Assembly (NCBI GenBank): GCA_963745035.1
Contig: CAVUVW010000013.1
Span: forward strand, 1,760,001-1,824,000
Origin: an uncultured delta proteobacterium
GTDB taxonomy: Bacteria > Desulfobacterota > Binatia > UBA9968
Direction of reading: 5' to 3'
Length of the DNA stretch: 64,000 nt
The position numbers were made by a program, and so were the translations under genes. Shown in pieces: positions 48,241-61,290 of this stretch (position 1 is the first letter of the stretch; each line of letters opens with the position of its first letter). The notes below the pieces were generated by a model. The model was not told where the DNA came from and did no database searches. It saw only the letters and a program-made list of their open reading frames with translations.

Positions 48241-49269
48241 TTAGACGGTCTCCTTCTCCGCGGCCCGCTTGCGCGCGTCGATCTCTTCCCGGGACGGGAA
48301 GTGGTCCACCTTCATCCCCAGCTCCAGTCCCATCTCCTTGAGAATTTCCTTGATCTCGTTGAGCGACTTGTGGCCGAAGTTCTTTGTCCGGAGCATCTCC
48401 TGCTCGCTCTTCTGCACCAGCTCGCCGATATACTTGATGTCGGCGTTCTGCAGGCAGTTCTGCGAGCGCACCGAGAACTCGAGCTCGTCGACGCTGCGAA
48501 ACAGGTTCTCGTTGAGCGGCACCGGCGGGCCGTCATCCTTCTTTTCCGCCCGCGGCTCGTCTTGAAAATTGACGAAGATGCTCACCTGATCCTGCAGGAT
48601 CTTGGCGGCGTAAGCCATGGCGTCGTCCGGCTTGACGCTGCCGTCGGTGTAGACTTCGAACACCACGCGGTCGTAATCGGTGCGCTGGGCGACCCGGGCG
48701 TTGGCCACGTTGAAGTTCACCTTCTGCACCGGCGAGAACACCGCGTCGATAAAAATCGTATCGACGGGCGCGCCCTCTTCCTTGTTGCGCTCCGCCGGGA
48801 CGTAGCCGCGGCCGAGCTTGGCGAGCATCTCGACTTCGAGCTTGGCGTCGCGCGCAAGCGTGGCGATTTTGTGCTCGGGATTGAGGATCTCGACGGCGGG
48901 CGGCGCGATGATGTCTTTGGCGTACACCGTTCCCGGCCCCTTGGCGTCGATCTTCAGCGTCTGTTGCTCGCTCTCGTTCAGCCGCAGCCGGATTTCCTTG
49001 AGGTTGAGGATGATGTCCGCGACGTCCTCGGTCACGCCCGCGACGGTGGAAAACTCATGCAGGATGCCCTTGATGCGCACGGCGACGATGGACGCGCCCA
49101 TGAGCGAAGAGAGCAGAATGCGCCGGAGCGAATTGCCGATCGTCTGGCCGAAGCCGCGCTCGAACGGCTCGGCGTAAAATTTCCCGTAGGTCGGCGTCAG
49201 GGTTTTCTCTTCCACCTCCAATTGCCTGGGTTTGATCAGTTCGGTCCAATGCTTATACATTGTCGACAT
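48241..49269 (-). CDS. rpoA: RNA polymerase alpha subunit
   Basis: [22 protein letters not shown]; alpha-CTD. Confidence 0.98.
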   Translation of the reverse strand: MSTMYKHWTELIKPRQLEVEEKTLTPTYGKFYAEPFERGFGQTIGNSLRRILLSSLMGASIVAVRIKGILHEFSTVAGVTEDVADIILNLKEIRLRLNESEQQTLKIDAKGPGTVYAKDIIAPPAVEILNPEHKIATLARDAKLEVEMLAKLGRGYVPAERNKEEGAPVDTIFIDAVFSPVQKVNFNVANARVAQRTDYDRVVFEVYTDGSVKPDDAMAYAAKILQDQVSIFVNFQDEPRAEKKDDGPPVPLNENLFRSVDELEFSVRSQNCLQNADIKYIGELVQKSEQEMLRTKNFGHKSLNEIKEILKEMGLELGMKVDHFPSREEIDARKRAAEKETV

Positions 49270-49284
49270 AGCGTCTCCCAATAC

Positions 49285-49911
49285 TTACTTCGAATACAAC
49301 TCGACGATCAGTTTCTCGTTGATCGGCATGGTGATATCGCCGCGCGCCGGCAGAATCTTGATGCGGCCGCTGACCGCCTCCCGATCCACCTCGGCCCAGT
49401 CGGGTACGCCGCGTCGCTGCGCTCCCTCCATCGCCGCCACCACCCGCCCGAGCTGGCGGCTGCGCTCTTTGACCGAAATCACGTCGCCGGCGCGCACCGT
49501 ATACGACGGAATGTTGGTCTTGCGGCCGTTGACCAGAATGTGGCCGTGCCGAACCAGGGTGCGCGCCTCGGCGCGCGAGCTGGCAAAGCCGAGGCGATAC
49601 GCGACGTTATCGAGCCGGCGCTCGAGCAAGGTCAATAAGGTTTCGCCGGTAATCCCCTTGATGCGGTTGGCATGGGCGAACGTGCGGCGAAACTGTTTTT
49701 CCAGCAGACCGTAGATGCGTTTGACTTTCTGCTTCTCGCGCAACTGAATGCTGTACTCCGAGAACTTGGGCCTGCCCTGGCCGTGCTGTCCCGGCGGATA
49801 GTTGCGTCTTTCGATCGCGCATTTGTCGGTATAGCAGCGCTCGCCCTTCAAAAAGAGCTTCAAATTTTCGCGCCTGCAAAGCCGGCACACCGAATCTGTG
49901 TATCTAGCCAA
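49285..49911 (-). CDS. rpsD: 30S ribosomal protein S4
   Basis: [20 protein letters not shown]. Confidence 0.98.
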   Translation of the reverse strand: MARYTDSVCRLCRRENLKLFLKGERCYTDKCAIERRNYPPGQHGQGRPKFSEYSIQLREKQKVKRIYGLLEKQFRRTFAHANRIKGITGETLLTLLERRLDNVAYRLGFASSRAEARTLVRHGHILVNGRKTNIPSYTVRAGDVISVKERSRQLGRVVAAMEGAQRRGVPDWAEVDREAVSGRIKILPARGDITMPINEKLIVELYSK

Positions 49912-49932
49912 TCTCTTTCCTCCTGATCCTGA

Positions 49933-50373
49933 TCAAACCCGCCGCCGCTTGGGCGGCCGGCAGCCGTTGTGCGGAATCGGCGTCACGTCTTTGATCAAGC
50001 TGATATTGATGCCGGCCGATTGCAGGGCGCGTAGCGCCGACTCCCGTCCCGCGCCGGGCCCGCGCACGAAGATCTGCACGCTGCGCAGGCCGTGATCCAT
50101 GGCCTTTTTGGCGGCGCTGTCGGCCGCCTGCTGGGCCGCGAACGGCGTTCCCTTGCGCGAGCCCTTGAAGCCCATGGCGCCCGCGCTCGACCAGGAAATC
50201 ACGTTGCCCTGATAGTCCGTAATCGTGACGATCGTATTGTTGAAGGTCGAGTGGATGTGCACCACTCCCTCGGCGATATTCTTCCGCCCGCGCTTGCGGC
50301 GCGCCGCCCGATCCGCGGCCTTAGCGTCCGCCTGCCCTTCGGCTTTCGGTTTCTCGTCGCTGGCATCTGCCAT
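49933..50373 (-). CDS. rpsK: 30S ribosomal protein S11
   Basis: [18 protein letters not shown]. Confidence 0.98.
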   Translation of the reverse strand: MADASDEKPKAEGQADAKAADRAARRKRGRKNIAEGVVHIHSTFNNTIVTITDYQGNVISWSSAGAMGFKGSRKGTPFAAQQAADSAAKKAMDHGLRSVQIFVRGPGAGRESALRALQSAGINISLIKDVTPIPHNGCRPPKRRRV

Positions 50374-50386
50374 GATTTTTCTCCTG

Positions 50387-50770
50387 TTAGCCTTTCGACG
50401 GCGCCTGCTTCTTGCCCGCGACCGTTTTGCGCGGTCCTTTGCGGGTGCGCGCGTTGGTGTGGGTGCGCTGGCCGTGCACCGGTAAATTTCTGCGGTGCCG
50501 CAGGCCGCGATACGAGCTCATGTCGAGATGGCGCTTGATATTGGCGGTCACGTCGCGCCTGAGATCGCCTTCGACCTTGAAGCTCTGATCCATGATCTGG
50601 CGGATCTTGACTACGTCGTCGTCGTTCAAGTCATCGGTCTTGAGATCGAGCGAGATGCCCGCCTGGTTGAGAATATCGCGCGAAGCGCTCCGCCCGATGC
50701 CGTAAATATACGTGAGCGCGACTTCCATTCTCTTGCTGCGCGGCAAATCCACCCCTGCGATCCGTGCCAT
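50387..50770 (-). CDS. rpsM: 30S ribosomal protein S13
   Basis: [23 protein letters not shown]. Confidence 0.98.
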   Translation of the reverse strand: MARIAGVDLPRSKRMEVALTYIYGIGRSASRDILNQAGISLDLKTDDLNDDDVVKIRQIMDQSFKVEGDLRRDVTANIKRHLDMSSYRGLRHRRNLPVHGQRTHTNARTRKGPRKTVAGKKQAPSKG

Positions 50771-50848
50771 TTTTCACTCCCTGGGGAAATGTGGACCAGG
50801 CCGCCCGCCCGAATTGCATTTCCCTTGTTTGAATCGAAATCCCCGCCG

Positions 50849-50962
50849 TCAACCTTGGCGCTGTTTGTGCTTAGTGTTCTCGCACAATACGCGCACCACG
50901 CCCTTGCGGCGAATGATCTTACACTTGCTGCAAATCTTTTTTACCGATGCTCGAACCTTCAC
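50849..50962 (-). CDS. rpmJ: 50S ribosomal protein L36
   Basis: Manual translation [37 protein letters not shown]. Confidence 0.95.
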   Translation of the reverse strand: MKVRASVKKICSKCKIIRRKGVVRVLCENTKHKQRQG

Positions 50963-50977
50963 GTCAGCTCCCTGATC

Positions 50978-51196
50978 CTAACGCTCGCGAAACACGATGC
51001 GTCCCCGCGCCAAATCGTAGGGAGACAGCTCGATTTTCACCTTATCGCCGGGGAGAATTTTGATGTAGTGCATGCGCATCTTGCCGGAAATATGAGCCAG
51101 CACGTTATGGCCGTTTTCCAGCTTGACCCTGAACATCGCGTTGGGCAGGGTCTCCAGGACCGTGCCCATGACCTCGATAGCGTCTTCTTTTGGCAT
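50978..51196 (-). CDS. infA: Translation initiation factor IF-1
   Basis: [23 protein letters not shown]. Confidence 0.98.
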   Translation of the reverse strand: MPKEDAIEVMGTVLETLPNAMFRVKLENGHNVLAHISGKMRMHYIKILPGDKVKIELSPYDLARGRIVFRER

Positions 51197-51226
51197 AAGA
51201 AGCCTGTTTGGCGCGATTCTCCTCCG

Positions 51227-51985
51227 TTAAATTTGACTGAGAATATAGGGCCCGTCTTTGGTGATTGCGACCGAATGCTCGAAGTGGGCGGCCAAGCTAC
51301 CATCTTTCGTTACCGCCGTCCAACCGTCTTCCTTGATTTCGACCTCGTGGCCGCCGATGTTGACCATCGGTTCGATCGCCAGAACCATTCCTTCCTTCAG
51401 GCGCAGCCCGCGCTCCGGTTCGCCGTAGTTTGGCACCGGCGGCTCTTCGTGCAAGCGCTTGCCGATGCCATGCCCGACAAAGGCCCGAACCACCGAGAAA
51501 CCGGCACTCTCGGCGACCTTTTGCACCGCGGCGCCCAAGTCGCCGAGCCGCTTGCCCTCATGGAGCTGCTCGATCCCGGTGTAGAGCGATCGTTCGGTCA
51601 CGTCCATCAGCCGCTGCGCCTCCTCGGCCACCTTGCCGACCCCGACGGTCAGCGCCGAATCCCCGTAAAATCCCTCGTAGATCACGCCGTAGTCGAGACC
51701 GATAATGTCGCCTTCGCGCAGCGCCCGATGCGACGGAATGCCATGAACGATCTCCTCGTTGATCGACGCGCACAGGCAGCACGGATAAACCCGCCCGGCA
51801 ACGCTGTATCCTTTGAAGGCGGGAATCGCGTTTCTCTTGAGCGTCATCTCCTCGGCGAGTGCATCCAGGTCGAGAGTGGTCACTCCGGGAGCGACGCGCC
51901 GCTTCAACTCCTGCAGGACCTCCGCAACGATCACGTTGGCCCGCCTCATGATCTCGATTTCCCGGGGCGACTTGAGCGCTATCAC
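51227..51985 (-). CDS. map: Methionine aminopeptidase type I
   Basis: VHGIP, GHGIG..LHEEP, AIEPM, AHFEHS. Confidence 0.97.
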   Translation of the reverse strand: MIALKSPREIEIMRRANVIVAEVLQELKRRVAPGVTTLDLDALAEEMTLKRNAIPAFKGYSVAGRVYPCCLCASINEEIVHGIPSHRALREGDIIGLDYGVIYEGFYGDSALTVGVGKVAEEAQRLMDVTERSLYTGIEQLHEGKRLGDLGAAVQKVAESAGFSVVRAFVGHGIGKRLHEEPPVPNYGEPERGLRLKEGMVLAIEPMVNIGGHEVEIKEDGWTAVTKDGSLAAHFEHSVAITKDGPYILSQI

Positions 51986-52647
51986 GCAACCACATCTCCC
52001 AGCGCTTCCATCACCCGCGCGCGGATCTCATCGACCGCCCCCACCCCGTCGATCTCCCGCAGCAAATTGCGCCCGCGGTAATAGTCGACCAGCGGCGCGG
52101 TCTGCTGCTCGTAGACTTTCAAGCGATGGGCGACGGTCTCCTCCTGGTCGTCCTGGCGCTGGTAGAGCTCGCCGCCGCAGCGATCACAGACGCCTTCTTT
52201 CTTGGGCGGGCTGAACACCACGTGCGCCAAGGCGCCGCAATTCTTGCAGCTGCGCCGTCCCGCCAGCCGCTCGATAATCACCGAGCGCGGCACCTGCACC
52301 GACAAAGCTCGGTTGAGGCTGAGCCGCATGTCGCGCAGCATCGTATCGAGGCTCTCGGCCTGGGGAATCGTCCGGGGAAACCCGTCCAGGATGAACCCCT
52401 TTTCGCAGTCTTTCTCTTTCAGCCGCTCGGCAACCAACCCGACGATCACGTCGTCGGGGACCAAAGCGCCGCGGTCGATGTACTGCTTCGCGACCGTGCC
52501 CAACGGCGTCTGCTCTGCCACTGCCTTGCGCAGAATATCGCCGGTCGAGATCTGACACGCCGAAAACTTTTCCTGAAGCAGCTTGGCTTGGGTGCCCTTG
52601 CCCGCCCCCGGCGGCCCCAGCAGTACGACGCGTGCGCCCGCGGCCAT
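51982..52647 (-). CDS. adk: Adenylate kinase
   Basis: GPPGAGKGTQA, LDGFPRT, Zn-lid CxxC. Confidence 0.97.
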   Translation of the reverse strand: MAAGARVVLLGPPGAGKGTQAKLLQEKFSACQISTGDILRKAVAEQTPLGTVAKQYIDRGALVPDDVIVGLVAERLKEKDCEKGFILDGFPRTIPQAESLDTMLRDMRLSLNRALSVQVPRSVIIERLAGRRSCKNCGALAHVVFSPPKKEGVCDRCGGELYQRQDDQEETVAHRLKVYEQQTAPLVDYYRGRNLLREIDGVGAVDEIRARVMEALGDVVA

Positions 52648-52649
52648 CT

Positions 52650-53952
<1,303 letters not shown>

Positions 53953-53960
<8 letters not shown>

Positions 53961-54405
53961 GGAGCGCGATCAACTCCGCTTTGCCGCCCGCAGCCTCGAT
54001 CTTTTCCTTGGCCTTGGCGGAAAATCCGTGCGCCTTGACGGTGACGGCTTTTGACAACGACCCGTCGCCGAGCACCTTGATGCGCCGGTTCTTGCCGCTC
54101 ACGTAGCCATGCGACAAGAGGATTTCAGGCGTGATTTCCCCCTCCGCCGGCAAGAGCTCGATCTGGCTCAAATTGACCACCGCCATCTCGATCCGAAACG
54201 GATTGTGAAAACCGCGCTTGGGCAGGCGCCGCTGCAGCGGCATCTGCCCGCCCTCGAATCCCGGCTTGGTATTGCCGCCCGAGCGCGATCCCTGGCCCTT
54301 GTGGCCGCGGCCCGAGGTCTTTCCATGGCCCGAGCCGTCGCCCCGCCCGACGCGCTTTCTTTTCTTATTGGAGCCCGCCGCCGGTTTCAGATCATCGAGT
54401 TTCAT
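53953..54405 (-). CDS. rplO: 50S ribosomal protein L15
   Basis: [18 protein letters not shown]. Confidence 0.97.
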
Positions 54406-54407
54406 GA

Positions 54408-54911
54408 TCAACGAATCTCCGCCAATACTTTGCCGCGCCGATCGGCGATCTCTTCGGGAGCGCGCAAATCGCGCAGCGCCTCGATCGTCGCTTTGACCAT
54501 GTTGTGCGGGTTGTTGGAGCCGATGCACTTGGTCAGGACGTTCTGAATGCCCGAGGCTTCCACCACGGCGCGAACGCCGCCGCCGGCGATCACCCCGGTG
54601 CCATCGGAAGCGGGTTTGAGAATGACGTACCCAGCGCCATAATGGCCGATAACTTCGAAAGGAATCGTCCCGTCCATCACCGGCACGCGGATCAAACTTT
54701 TTTTCGCCTGCTCCAGTCCCTTGCGAATCGCTTCCGGAACTTCCTTCGCCTTGCCCATGCCGTAGCCGACCAGCGAGCGGCTGTCGCCCACCACTACCAG
54801 GGCGCTGAAGCTGAACCGCCGGCCGCCCTTCACCACTTTGGCCACCCGGCTGATGTGCACCACTTTTTCCTTGAGCTCTAAGCCCTGGGGATCAATCCGT
54901 TCCAAAGGCAC
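54408..54911 (-). CDS. rpsE: 30S ribosomal protein S5
   Basis: [14 protein letters not shown]. Confidence 0.97.
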   Translation of the reverse strand: MPLERIDPQGLELKEKVVHISRVAKVVKGGRRFSFSALVVVGDSRSLVGYGMGKAKEVPEAIRKGLEQAKKSLIRVPVMDGTIPFEVIGHYGAGYVILKPASDGTGVIAGGGVRAVVEASGIQNVLTKCIGSNNPHNMVKATIEALRDLRAPEEIADRRGKVLAEIR

Positions 54912-54927
54912 CTCGCATTACTGTAGA

Positions 54928-55284
54928 TCAAAACTTTAGTCCGCCTTCGCGCGCGCCTTCGGCGACCGCCTTCACGCGCCCGTGGTAGAGAAACCCATTG
55001 CGGTCAAAAACCACTTCGGTGATATTTTTTTCCTTGCATATTTTCGCCAGCGTGAGACCGACGAGCTTCGCCGCCTCGACGCCCTTGTTTTTCTTGTCGT
55101 CGCCGGACGCGAGCGTGGATGCCGCCGCGAGCGTCTTTCCCTGATCGTCCGAGATCACCTGCGCGTAGATATGCTTGCTGCTGCGGAATACGCAGATACG
55201 CGGGCGACCGTCGGTTCCCGTGATTCTTTTTCTCACCCGCGCTTGTCGGCGGTGCCGCGCGCTATCTTCCCGCTTATTCGCCAT
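54928..55284 (-). CDS. rplR: 50S ribosomal protein L18
   Basis: [13 protein letters not shown]. Confidence 0.97.
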   Translation of the reverse strand: MANKREDSARHRRQARVRKRITGTDGRPRICVFRSSKHIYAQVISDDQGKTLAAASTLASGDDKKNKGVEAAKLVGLTLAKICKEKNITEVVFDRNGFLYHGRVKAVAEGAREGGLKF

Positions 55285-55301
55285 CTCTATCCTCAGAATC
55301 G

Positions 55302-55853
55302 CTATTTTCCGCCCGCCGAGCCTACCGCCTTGCCGGCTTTGCGCTTGATCACTTCCTCGCGATATTTGATCCCCTTGCCTTTGTACGGCTCCGGCGGTCG
55401 AAGCGAGCGGAGCTTCGCCGCAGTCTCACCGAGAACCTGGCGATCAGCACCACTCAGCGTAACGATCACCTGGCGTTCCACTGCCGCTGAGATACCGGAC
55501 GGCAGCGGGAAAACCACCGGATGCGAGAAGCCCAGAGTAATGTGGATTTCCTGTCCTTTGATTTCGGCACGGTAACCGACTCCGTTGATGTCCAGTATCC
55601 GAGTAAAGCCCTGACTTACCCCCTGGGTCATGTTGGCGATTAGCTTGCGCGTGAGGCCGTGTAAGGCTCGAACCTTACGATCCTCCGCTTGGCGCTCGAC
55701 CCGAAGCACATTGCCTTCAACTTTTACCTCGACCCCCGCGGGAAGCGCGGCTTGCAGCTTCCCCTTGGGTCCCTCCAAGTGCACGGCGCTTGCCTCGACG
55801 GCGACTTTGACGCCTGCGGGAATGGCTACAGGTAATTTTCCGATACGCGACAC
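55302..55853 (-). CDS. rplF: 50S ribosomal protein L6
   Basis: [16 protein letters not shown]. Confidence 0.97.
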   Translation of the reverse strand: MSRIGKLPVAIPAGVKVAVEASAVHLEGPKGKLQAALPAGVEVKVEGNVLRVERQAEDRKVRALHGLTRKLIANMTQGVSQGFTRILDINGVGYRAEIKGQEIHITLGFSHPVVFPLPSGISAAVERQVIVTLSGADRQVLGETAAKLRSLRPPEPYKGKGIKYREEVIKRKAGKAVGSAGGK

Positions 55854-55871
55854 GTTACACCTCGACTGAGC

Positions 55872-56276
55872 CTACCACACGGTGCAAATAAGTTCGCCGC
55901 CGACGTTGGCTCTTTGCGCCGCGCGGTCGACCAGGATCCCCTTCGGCGTCGACAAGACATGAATCCCCAGCCCTTTGCGAATCGGTATCAAGTTGCTGGC
56001 GCCGACATAAACCCTGCGACCGGGCGTGCTGACGCGCTTCATTCCGGTAATGATCGGCCGGTTCTCCCGGTCAAACTTGAGCTGCACGATGATCTCATCG
56101 CCGCCGCCGACCGCGGCCTTGACCTTCTTTTGGTCTTTCAAATATCCTTCGTCGATCAAAATCTTGAGGATGTTTTCCTTGAGACGCGACCACGGCATCG
56201 CCACTCTCTGGTGGCGCGCGCGGGAGGCGTTGCGAATCCGCGTCAACATGTCCGCAACTGGATCGGTCATTGCCAT
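55872..56276 (-). CDS. rpsH: 30S ribosomal protein S8
   Basis: TDPVADMLTRIRNA. Confidence 0.97.
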   Translation of the reverse strand: MAMTDPVADMLTRIRNASRARHQRVAMPWSRLKENILKILIDEGYLKDQKKVKAAVGGGDEIIVQLKFDRENRPIITGMKRVSTPGRRVYVGASNLIPIRKGLGIHVLSTPKGILVDRAAQRANVGGELICTVW

Positions 56277-56292
56277 GATTGGTTCTCCGTCG

Positions 56293-56478
56293 TTACCAGC
56301 TCGCCTTGATCAGTCCCGGAATATGCCCCTTGCGCGCGTGATCGCGCAGACACAGCCGGCACATGCGAAAGCGCCGGTAAAACGCCCGCGAACGCCCGCA
56401 CAACGGGCAGCGATTGTATTCGCGGACTTTAAACTTGTTCGGCATTTCCGCCTTGATGCGCAGACACTTCTTCGCCAA
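56293..56478 (-). CDS. rpsN: 30S ribosomal protein S14 (zinc-binding type Z)
   Basis: RCPLCGR...CRLC, 61 aa. Confidence 0.96.
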   Translation of the reverse strand: MAKKCLRIKAEMPNKFKVREYNRCPLCGRSRAFYRRFRMCRLCLRDHARKGHIPGLIKASW

Positions 56479-56495
56479 TGGAATTCCCCCCTGGT

Positions 56496-57035
56496 CTAAC
56501 TTGAGAACGGCATGCCCATCAAGCGCAGCAGCGCCAATCCCTCCGGATCGGTTTTCGCCGTCGTCGTAATCGTGATCGTCATGCCGCGCGCCTTTTCGAC
56601 CCGGTCCGCGTGAATCTCCGGAAAAATAATCTGCTCGCGCAGGCCCAGGGAATAGTTGCCCCGCCCGTCGAAGGACCGATTGGAGATGCCCTTGAAATCG
56701 CGCACCCGCGGCAGCGCCACGTGAATCAACCGGTCGAGAAATTCATACATGCGCGCGCGCCGCAAGGTGACCATGCAGCCGATCGGCACGCCTTCGCGCA
56801 GCTTGAAATTGGCGATCGCTTTTTTCGCGCGGGTGACCACCGGCTTTTGGCCGGTGATGGCGGTGATTTCCGCCACCGTCGCATCGATCGCTTTGGCGTT
56901 CTGGGTCGCCTCGCCAACGCCGACATTGACGGTGATTTTATCGAGCCGCGGCACCTGCATGGAGTTCCGGTAGCCGAACTCCTTCATCATCGCCGGGACG
57001 ACATCGTTCTGATATTTGCTTTTCAAGCGTGCCAT
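56496..57035 (-). CDS. rplE: 50S ribosomal protein L5
   Basis: [16 protein letters not shown]. Confidence 0.97.
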   Translation of the reverse strand: MARLKSKYQNDVVPAMMKEFGYRNSMQVPRLDKITVNVGVGEATQNAKAIDATVAEITAITGQKPVVTRAKKAIANFKLREGVPIGCMVTLRRARMYEFLDRLIHVALPRVRDFKGISNRSFDGRGNYSLGLREQIIFPEIHADRVEKARGMTITITTTAKTDPEGLALLRLMGMPFSS

Positions 57036-57043
57036 GGTCGCCA

Positions 57044-57355
57044 CTAGTCCAAAGCTTCCTTGCAACTGCGGCAGATGCGGATCTTCTTGCCATCGGCAAG
57101 AATCTTGTGCCCGATGCGCGCCGGCGCGCTGCACTTCTCGCACATCATCATAATATTGGAGGCGTGGATCGGCGCTTCTTTTTCCACGATGCCGCCCGTC
57201 TGCTGCGGGCCGCGCGGCTTGGTATGCCGCTTGACGATGTTCAGTCTTTCGATGATGACCGCGTCCTTTTCCTTAAGCACGCGCAAGACCTTGCCGGTCT
57301 TGCCGCGCTCCTTGCCGGCGATCACCATCACGCTGTCGTTTTTGCGAATCTGCAC
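57044..57355 (-). CDS. rplX: 50S ribosomal protein L24
   Basis: [19 protein letters not shown]. Confidence 0.96.
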   Translation of the reverse strand: MQIRKNDSVMVIAGKERGKTGKVLRVLKEKDAVIIERLNIVKRHTKPRGPQQTGGIVEKEAPIHASNIMMMCEKCSAPARIGHKILADGKKIRICRSCKEALD

Positions 57356-57375
57356 GAACACCCTCTCGATCCGAG

Positions 57376-57744
57376 CTACAGCACTTCCGGCGCGAGCGAA
57401 ATGATCTTCATGAACTTTTTCGCCCGCAGCTCGCGCGCCACCGGACCGAAAATACGCGTCCCGATCGGCTCTTTTTGATTGTCGATCAAGACCGCCGAAT
57501 TGTTATCGAAGCGAATATAGGTGCCGTCCGGCCGGCCGAGCTCCTTGGCCGTGCGCACCACCACCGCCTTCATGACGTCGCCCTTCTTGACCTTGGCGTT
57601 GGGGATCGCCTCTTTGACCGAGACCACGATGATATCGCCGATCGAGGCGTATTTGCGCTTGCTGCCGCCCAAAACTTTGATGCATTGCACCCGGCGCGCG
57701 CCGGAATTGTCGGCCACATCCAAAGTTGTTCGCATCTGGATCAT
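57376..57744 (-). CDS. rplN: 50S ribosomal protein L14
   Basis: [16 protein letters not shown]. Confidence 0.98.
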   Translation of the reverse strand: MIQMRTTLDVADNSGARRVQCIKVLGGSKRKYASIGDIIVVSVKEAIPNAKVKKGDVMKAVVVRTAKELGRPDGTYIRFDNNSAVLIDNQKEPIGTRIFGPVARELRAKKFMKIISLAPEVL

Positions 57745-57777
57745 GAAATCACCTCAAGCGCGCCGCCCAGCGCCCAT

Positions 57778-58068
57778 TCAGGCGCCGGCGTTTTGCGTGT
57801 CTCCCTCGACCGTCTCGGCCCGCTCGAGAACCTTGCTCACGCGCCAGCGCTTGTCGCGGCTGAGCGGCCGGCATTCGACGATCAGCACGCGATCGCCGAC
57901 ATGGCACTGGCCGCGCTCGTCATGCGCCTTCACTCGGGTGCGCCGCCGCAAAATCTTTTTGTATTTGGGATGCAACACGGTCCGCTCGACCGAAACCACC
58001 ACGGTTTTTTGCATGCGGTCGCTCAGCACCACACCGGCGCGCTCCTTTTGTAATCCTCGGCTCTCCAT
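57778..58068 (-). CDS. rpsQ: 30S ribosomal protein S17
   Basis: [11 protein letters not shown]. Confidence 0.97.
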   Translation of the reverse strand: MESRGLQKERAGVVLSDRMQKTVVVSVERTVLHPKYKKILRRRTRVKAHDERGQCHVGDRVLIVECRPLSRDKRWRVSKVLERAETVEGDTQNAGA

Positions 58069-58070
58069 GC

Positions 58071-58271
58071 TCAGCCTTTCCTACCCTGAGATCGCTCGCG
58101 CAGGATCGTTTCCACCCGCGCCAAATCGCGCTTGGTCTCCCGCAGCTTCATCGGATTTTCCAGGCGGCTGGTGGCGCGCTGGAGCTTCAAATGACCGATC
58201 TCTTCACGCAGCGACGCGCGCTTCTGGGTCAGATCGTCGGCGCTCATCTCGCGCAGCTCTTTAGCTTCCAT
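58071..58271 (-). CDS. rpmC: 50S ribosomal protein L29
   Basis: ELREMS...LARVETIL. Confidence 0.95.
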   Translation of the reverse strand: MEAKELREMSADDLTQKRASLREEIGHLKLQRATSRLENPMKLRETKRDLARVETILRERSQGRKG

Positions 58272-58686
58272 GCGCCCGCCCTCTGCGTTCCACGGTCACT
58301 GTCGGAATCGAAAGCTTATGCGCCGCCAGACGAAACGCCTCTTTGGCGAGCGGCCCCTCGACGCCTTCCATCTCGAAGAGAATGCGCCCCGGCTGGATCA
58401 CCGCCACCCACATTTCCGGCGCTCCCTTGCCCTTTCCCATGCGGGTTTCGAGCGGCTTCTTGGTCAGCGGCTTGTCCGGGAAAATCCGAATCCAAACCTT
58501 GCCGCCGCGCTTCAAGTAGCGAGTCAGTGCGACGCGCGCCGCTTCGATCTCGCGCGCGCTCATCCAGCCGCGGCCGACCGCCTTGAGACCGTAGTCGCCA
58601 AAGGCGAGGGTGGAGCCGCGCTACGCCGTGCCGCGCCGCCGGCCTTTTTGTAGCTTCCGATATTTGACTTTTTTTGGTTCGAGCAT
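58261..58686 (-). CDS. rplP: 50S ribosomal protein L16 (in-frame TAG at 58621-58623)
   Basis: [11 protein letters not shown]...[12 protein letters not shown]...RMGKGKG. Confidence 0.93.
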
Positions 58687-58719
58687 GGGTCTTTCAGTCT
58701 GCCGTCAATCCGGCGTCGA

Positions 58720-59382
58720 TCAGCCGCCGAGCATCGCTTTCTGCTGCTCTTCTTCGGCGGTCAAAACCTCGCCGCGAAAAATCCAAACCTTCACCCCGAT
58801 GATGCCGTAAGTCGTGCGCGCCTCGGCAAAGCCGTAGCTGATGTCGGCGCGCAAGGTGTGCAGCGGCACGCGTCCCTCGCGGTACCATTCCGTGCGGGCG
58901 ATTTCCGAGCCGCCCAGGCGGCCGGCCGACTGAATTCTCACGCCCTGCGCCCCCATGCGCATGGCGCGCGATACACTTTCCTTCATCGCCCGGCGAAACG
59001 CCACCCGGCGCTCGAGCTGCAGCGCGACATTTTCCGCGGCGAGCTGGCCGTCGAGATCCGGCCGCCTCACCTCGTGAATGTTGATGTAGGTTTCCCGTTT
59101 GGTGAGCTTGGTGATTTCCTCTTTGAGCTTTTCGATCTCTGCGCCCTTTTTGCCGATCACGATCCCGGGGCGCGCCGTGTAAATATTGATCTTCGCTTTG
59201 TTCGCCGCCCGCTCGATCTCGATGCGTGAGATGCCGGCGTGATAGAGCCGGCTCTTCAAAAACTTCGTGACGCGGAAATCTTCGTGCAGGAGCTTGGGAT
59301 AGTCATGCCGCGCGAACCATTTGGAGTCCCACGACTCGATCACTCCGAGACGAAACATCTTGGGATGCGTCTTTTGACCCAT
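58720..59382 (-). CDS. rpsC: 30S ribosomal protein S3
   Basis: [19 protein letters not shown]. Confidence 0.98.
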   Translation of the reverse strand: MGQKTHPKMFRLGVIESWDSKWFARHDYPKLLHEDFRVTKFLKSRLYHAGISRIEIERAANKAKINIYTARPGIVIGKKGAEIEKLKEEITKLTKRETYINIHEVRRPDLDGQLAAENVALQLERRVAFRRAMKESVSRAMRMGAQGVRIQSAGRLGGSEIARTEWYREGRVPLHTLRADISYGFAEARTTYGIIGVKVWIFRGEVLTAEEEQQKAMLGG

Positions 59383-59388
59383 CGGGCG

Positions 59389-59733
59389 TTAACTCCTCTC
59401 CTGCGCTTCGTCGAGCACGATGGTCACGTGGCTGAGCCGCTTGCGCACCCGGGTGGCGCGTCCCTGCGCGCGCGAGGTGAAGCGTTTCCACATGCCGCCT
59501 TCGTCGACCTTGGCTTGCTTGACGAACAAACGATCGACGTCGACGCTTTGGGTGTTCTCGGCGTTGGCCACCGCCGTGCGCACGGTCTTGGCGACGATTC
59601 CTGCGGAGCGCTTGGGAATGAACTTGAGAATATTCAAGGCCTCCTCCACGCCCTTGCCGCGAATCTGATCGACGACCAGCCTGACCTTTCGCGGCGATAC
59701 TCGAATGAATTTGGTGACCGCGCGTGTTTCCAT
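59389..59733 (-). CDS. rplV: 50S ribosomal protein L22
   Basis: RVSPRKVRLV, RAQGRA. Confidence 0.97.
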   Translation of the reverse strand: METRAVTKFIRVSPRKVRLVVDQIRGKGVEEALNILKFIPKRSAGIVAKTVRTAVANAENTQSVDVDRLFVKQAKVDEGGMWKRFTSRAQGRATRVRKRLSHVTIVLDEAQERS

Positions 59734-59786
59734 AATCTCTGTCAACTCAGTTCAGTTCAGCTTCCCTCAATCCGCCGCGAACACCC

Positions 59787-60143
59787 TTAGGACTTCGGCG
59801 CCGGAGCGGCAGGCGCCGGGGCCGCCGCCGGGCGCGGCACAGCCCCGGGCGGGGCGCCGGTCGTTTCCTTGGCTTCGGCCTTGCGGTCGCCCGAATGGGC
59901 GAAGAAAGTCCGGGTCGGCGAAAATTCGCCGAGCTTGTGCCCGACCATATTTTCGCTGATAAAAACCGGGATAAATTTCCTGCCGTTGTGCACGCCGATC
60001 GTATGCCCGACCATTTCCGGGGTCACGGTCGAGCGCCGCGACCAGGTGCGCACGACCTGTCGCTGTCGCGACTCGTTCATCGCGGCGACTTTTTTCACCA
60101 AGTGCTCGTCGACAAAGGGACCCTTCTTGACCGAACGCGCCAT
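59787..60143 (-). CDS. rpsS: 30S ribosomal protein S19 (Ala/Pro-rich C-terminal extension)
   Basis: [23 protein letters not shown]. Confidence 0.96.
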   Translation of the reverse strand: MARSVKKGPFVDEHLVKKVAAMNESRQRQVVRTWSRRSTVTPEMVGHTIGVHNGRKFIPVFISENMVGHKLGEFSPTRTFFAHSGDRKAEAKETTGAPPGAVPRPAAAPAPAAPAPKS

Positions 60144-60145
60144 GG

Positions 60146-60973
60146 CTATCTCCCTTTTCTCCGCTGCACGATATATTTGTCCGAGGCATGGTTTTTCCGG
60201 GTCTTGTAGCCTTTGGTCGGCTTGCCCCACGGGGTCATCGGATGATTGCCCTTCGATCGACCCTCGCCGCCGCCATGGGGATGGTCGACCGGATTTTTCG
60301 CGATGCCGCGCGTCGCCGGACGGAAACCCAACCAGCGCAAACGGCCGGCTTTCCCCCAGGAAATATTTTCCTGATCGGCATTGCCCACCTGTCCCACGGT
60401 CGCGCGGCACTCCGCCAAAACATAGCGCAATTCCCCCGAAGGAAGCTTCAAAAGCGCATAGGCGCCCTCTTTCGCCATAAGTTGCGCGCCCAGGCCGGCG
60501 CTGCGCACCAGTTGCCCGCCTTTGCCGATCTTGAGCTCGATATTATGCACGATGGTGCCGACCGGGGTGAATTTGAGCGGGAGGGAATTGCCCGGCTGGA
60601 TGTCCACGTTATCTTCGCCGGCGATCACCGTGGCGCCCACTTGTAGACGCTCGGGCGCTAGAATGTAGCGGCGCTCGCCGTCGGCGTAGCAGAGCAGCGC
60701 GATCCGCGCCGAGCGGTTCGGATCGTATTCGATCGCCTCCACGCGCGCCGGCACGTTGCGCTTGTTGCGCTTGAAATCGATGGCGCGATATAAACGCTTG
60801 TGCCCGCCGCCGCGATGATCGGCGGTGATCCGGCCGGTGTTGTTGCGCCCGCCGCTTCGATTGAGCCGCTCGCGCAGACCCTTCTCCGGCCGCGTTTTGG
60901 TCAGCTCGTCGAACCCGAGGCCGGTGCGAAAGCGCATGCCCGCCGAAGTCGGTCGATAGGTTTTAATTGCCAT
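60146..60973 (-). CDS. rplB: 50S ribosomal protein L2
   Basis: [25 protein letters not shown]. Confidence 0.98.
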   Translation of the reverse strand: MAIKTYRPTSAGMRFRTGLGFDELTKTRPEKGLRERLNRSGGRNNTGRITADHRGGGHKRLYRAIDFKRNKRNVPARVEAIEYDPNRSARIALLCYADGERRYILAPERLQVGATVIAGEDNVDIQPGNSLPLKFTPVGTIVHNIELKIGKGGQLVRSAGLGAQLMAKEGAYALLKLPSGELRYVLAECRATVGQVGNADQENISWGKAGRLRWLGFRPATRGIAKNPVDHPHGGGEGRSKGNHPMTPWGKPTKGYKTRKNHASDKYIVQRRKGR

Positions 60974-60987
60974 TGGCGATTCTCATC

Positions 60988-61290
60988 TCAAAAAACTTCT
61001 AGGCCCCGCCGAAAAAGTCGATCTTGTCGCCCTCTTTTAAGTGTCACGTAGGCCTTCTTCCAGTCCGAGCGCCGCCCCATGCTTCTGCCGATGCGGCGCA
61101 CCTTGCCGAGATAGCGCGCGATCCGCACGTGCTCGACCTTGACCTTGAACAGCGCTTCCACCGCCCGCTTCACTTCGATCTTGTTCGCGTCGGGACGCAC
61201 CTTGAACAACACCTGATTGGCGTTCTCGGTGAGAAGCGTTCCCTTCTCCGAGATCAACGGCGCTCGAATGACTTCATGGGGACTTTTCAT
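60988..61290 (-). CDS. rplW: 50S ribosomal protein L23 (probable indel near the C-terminus)
   Basis: PLISEKG, WKKAYVTL. Confidence 0.95.
   Translation of the reverse strand: MKSPHEVIRAPLISEKGTLLTENANQVLFKVRPDANKIEVKRAVEALFKVKVEHVRIARYLGKVRRIGRSMGRRSDWKKAYVTLKRGRQDRLFRRGLEVF

Noticed and set aside
48229-52081. Long plus-strand ORFs antisense to the ribosomal operon
   Set aside because: They are shadow ORFs typical of high-GC coding regions.
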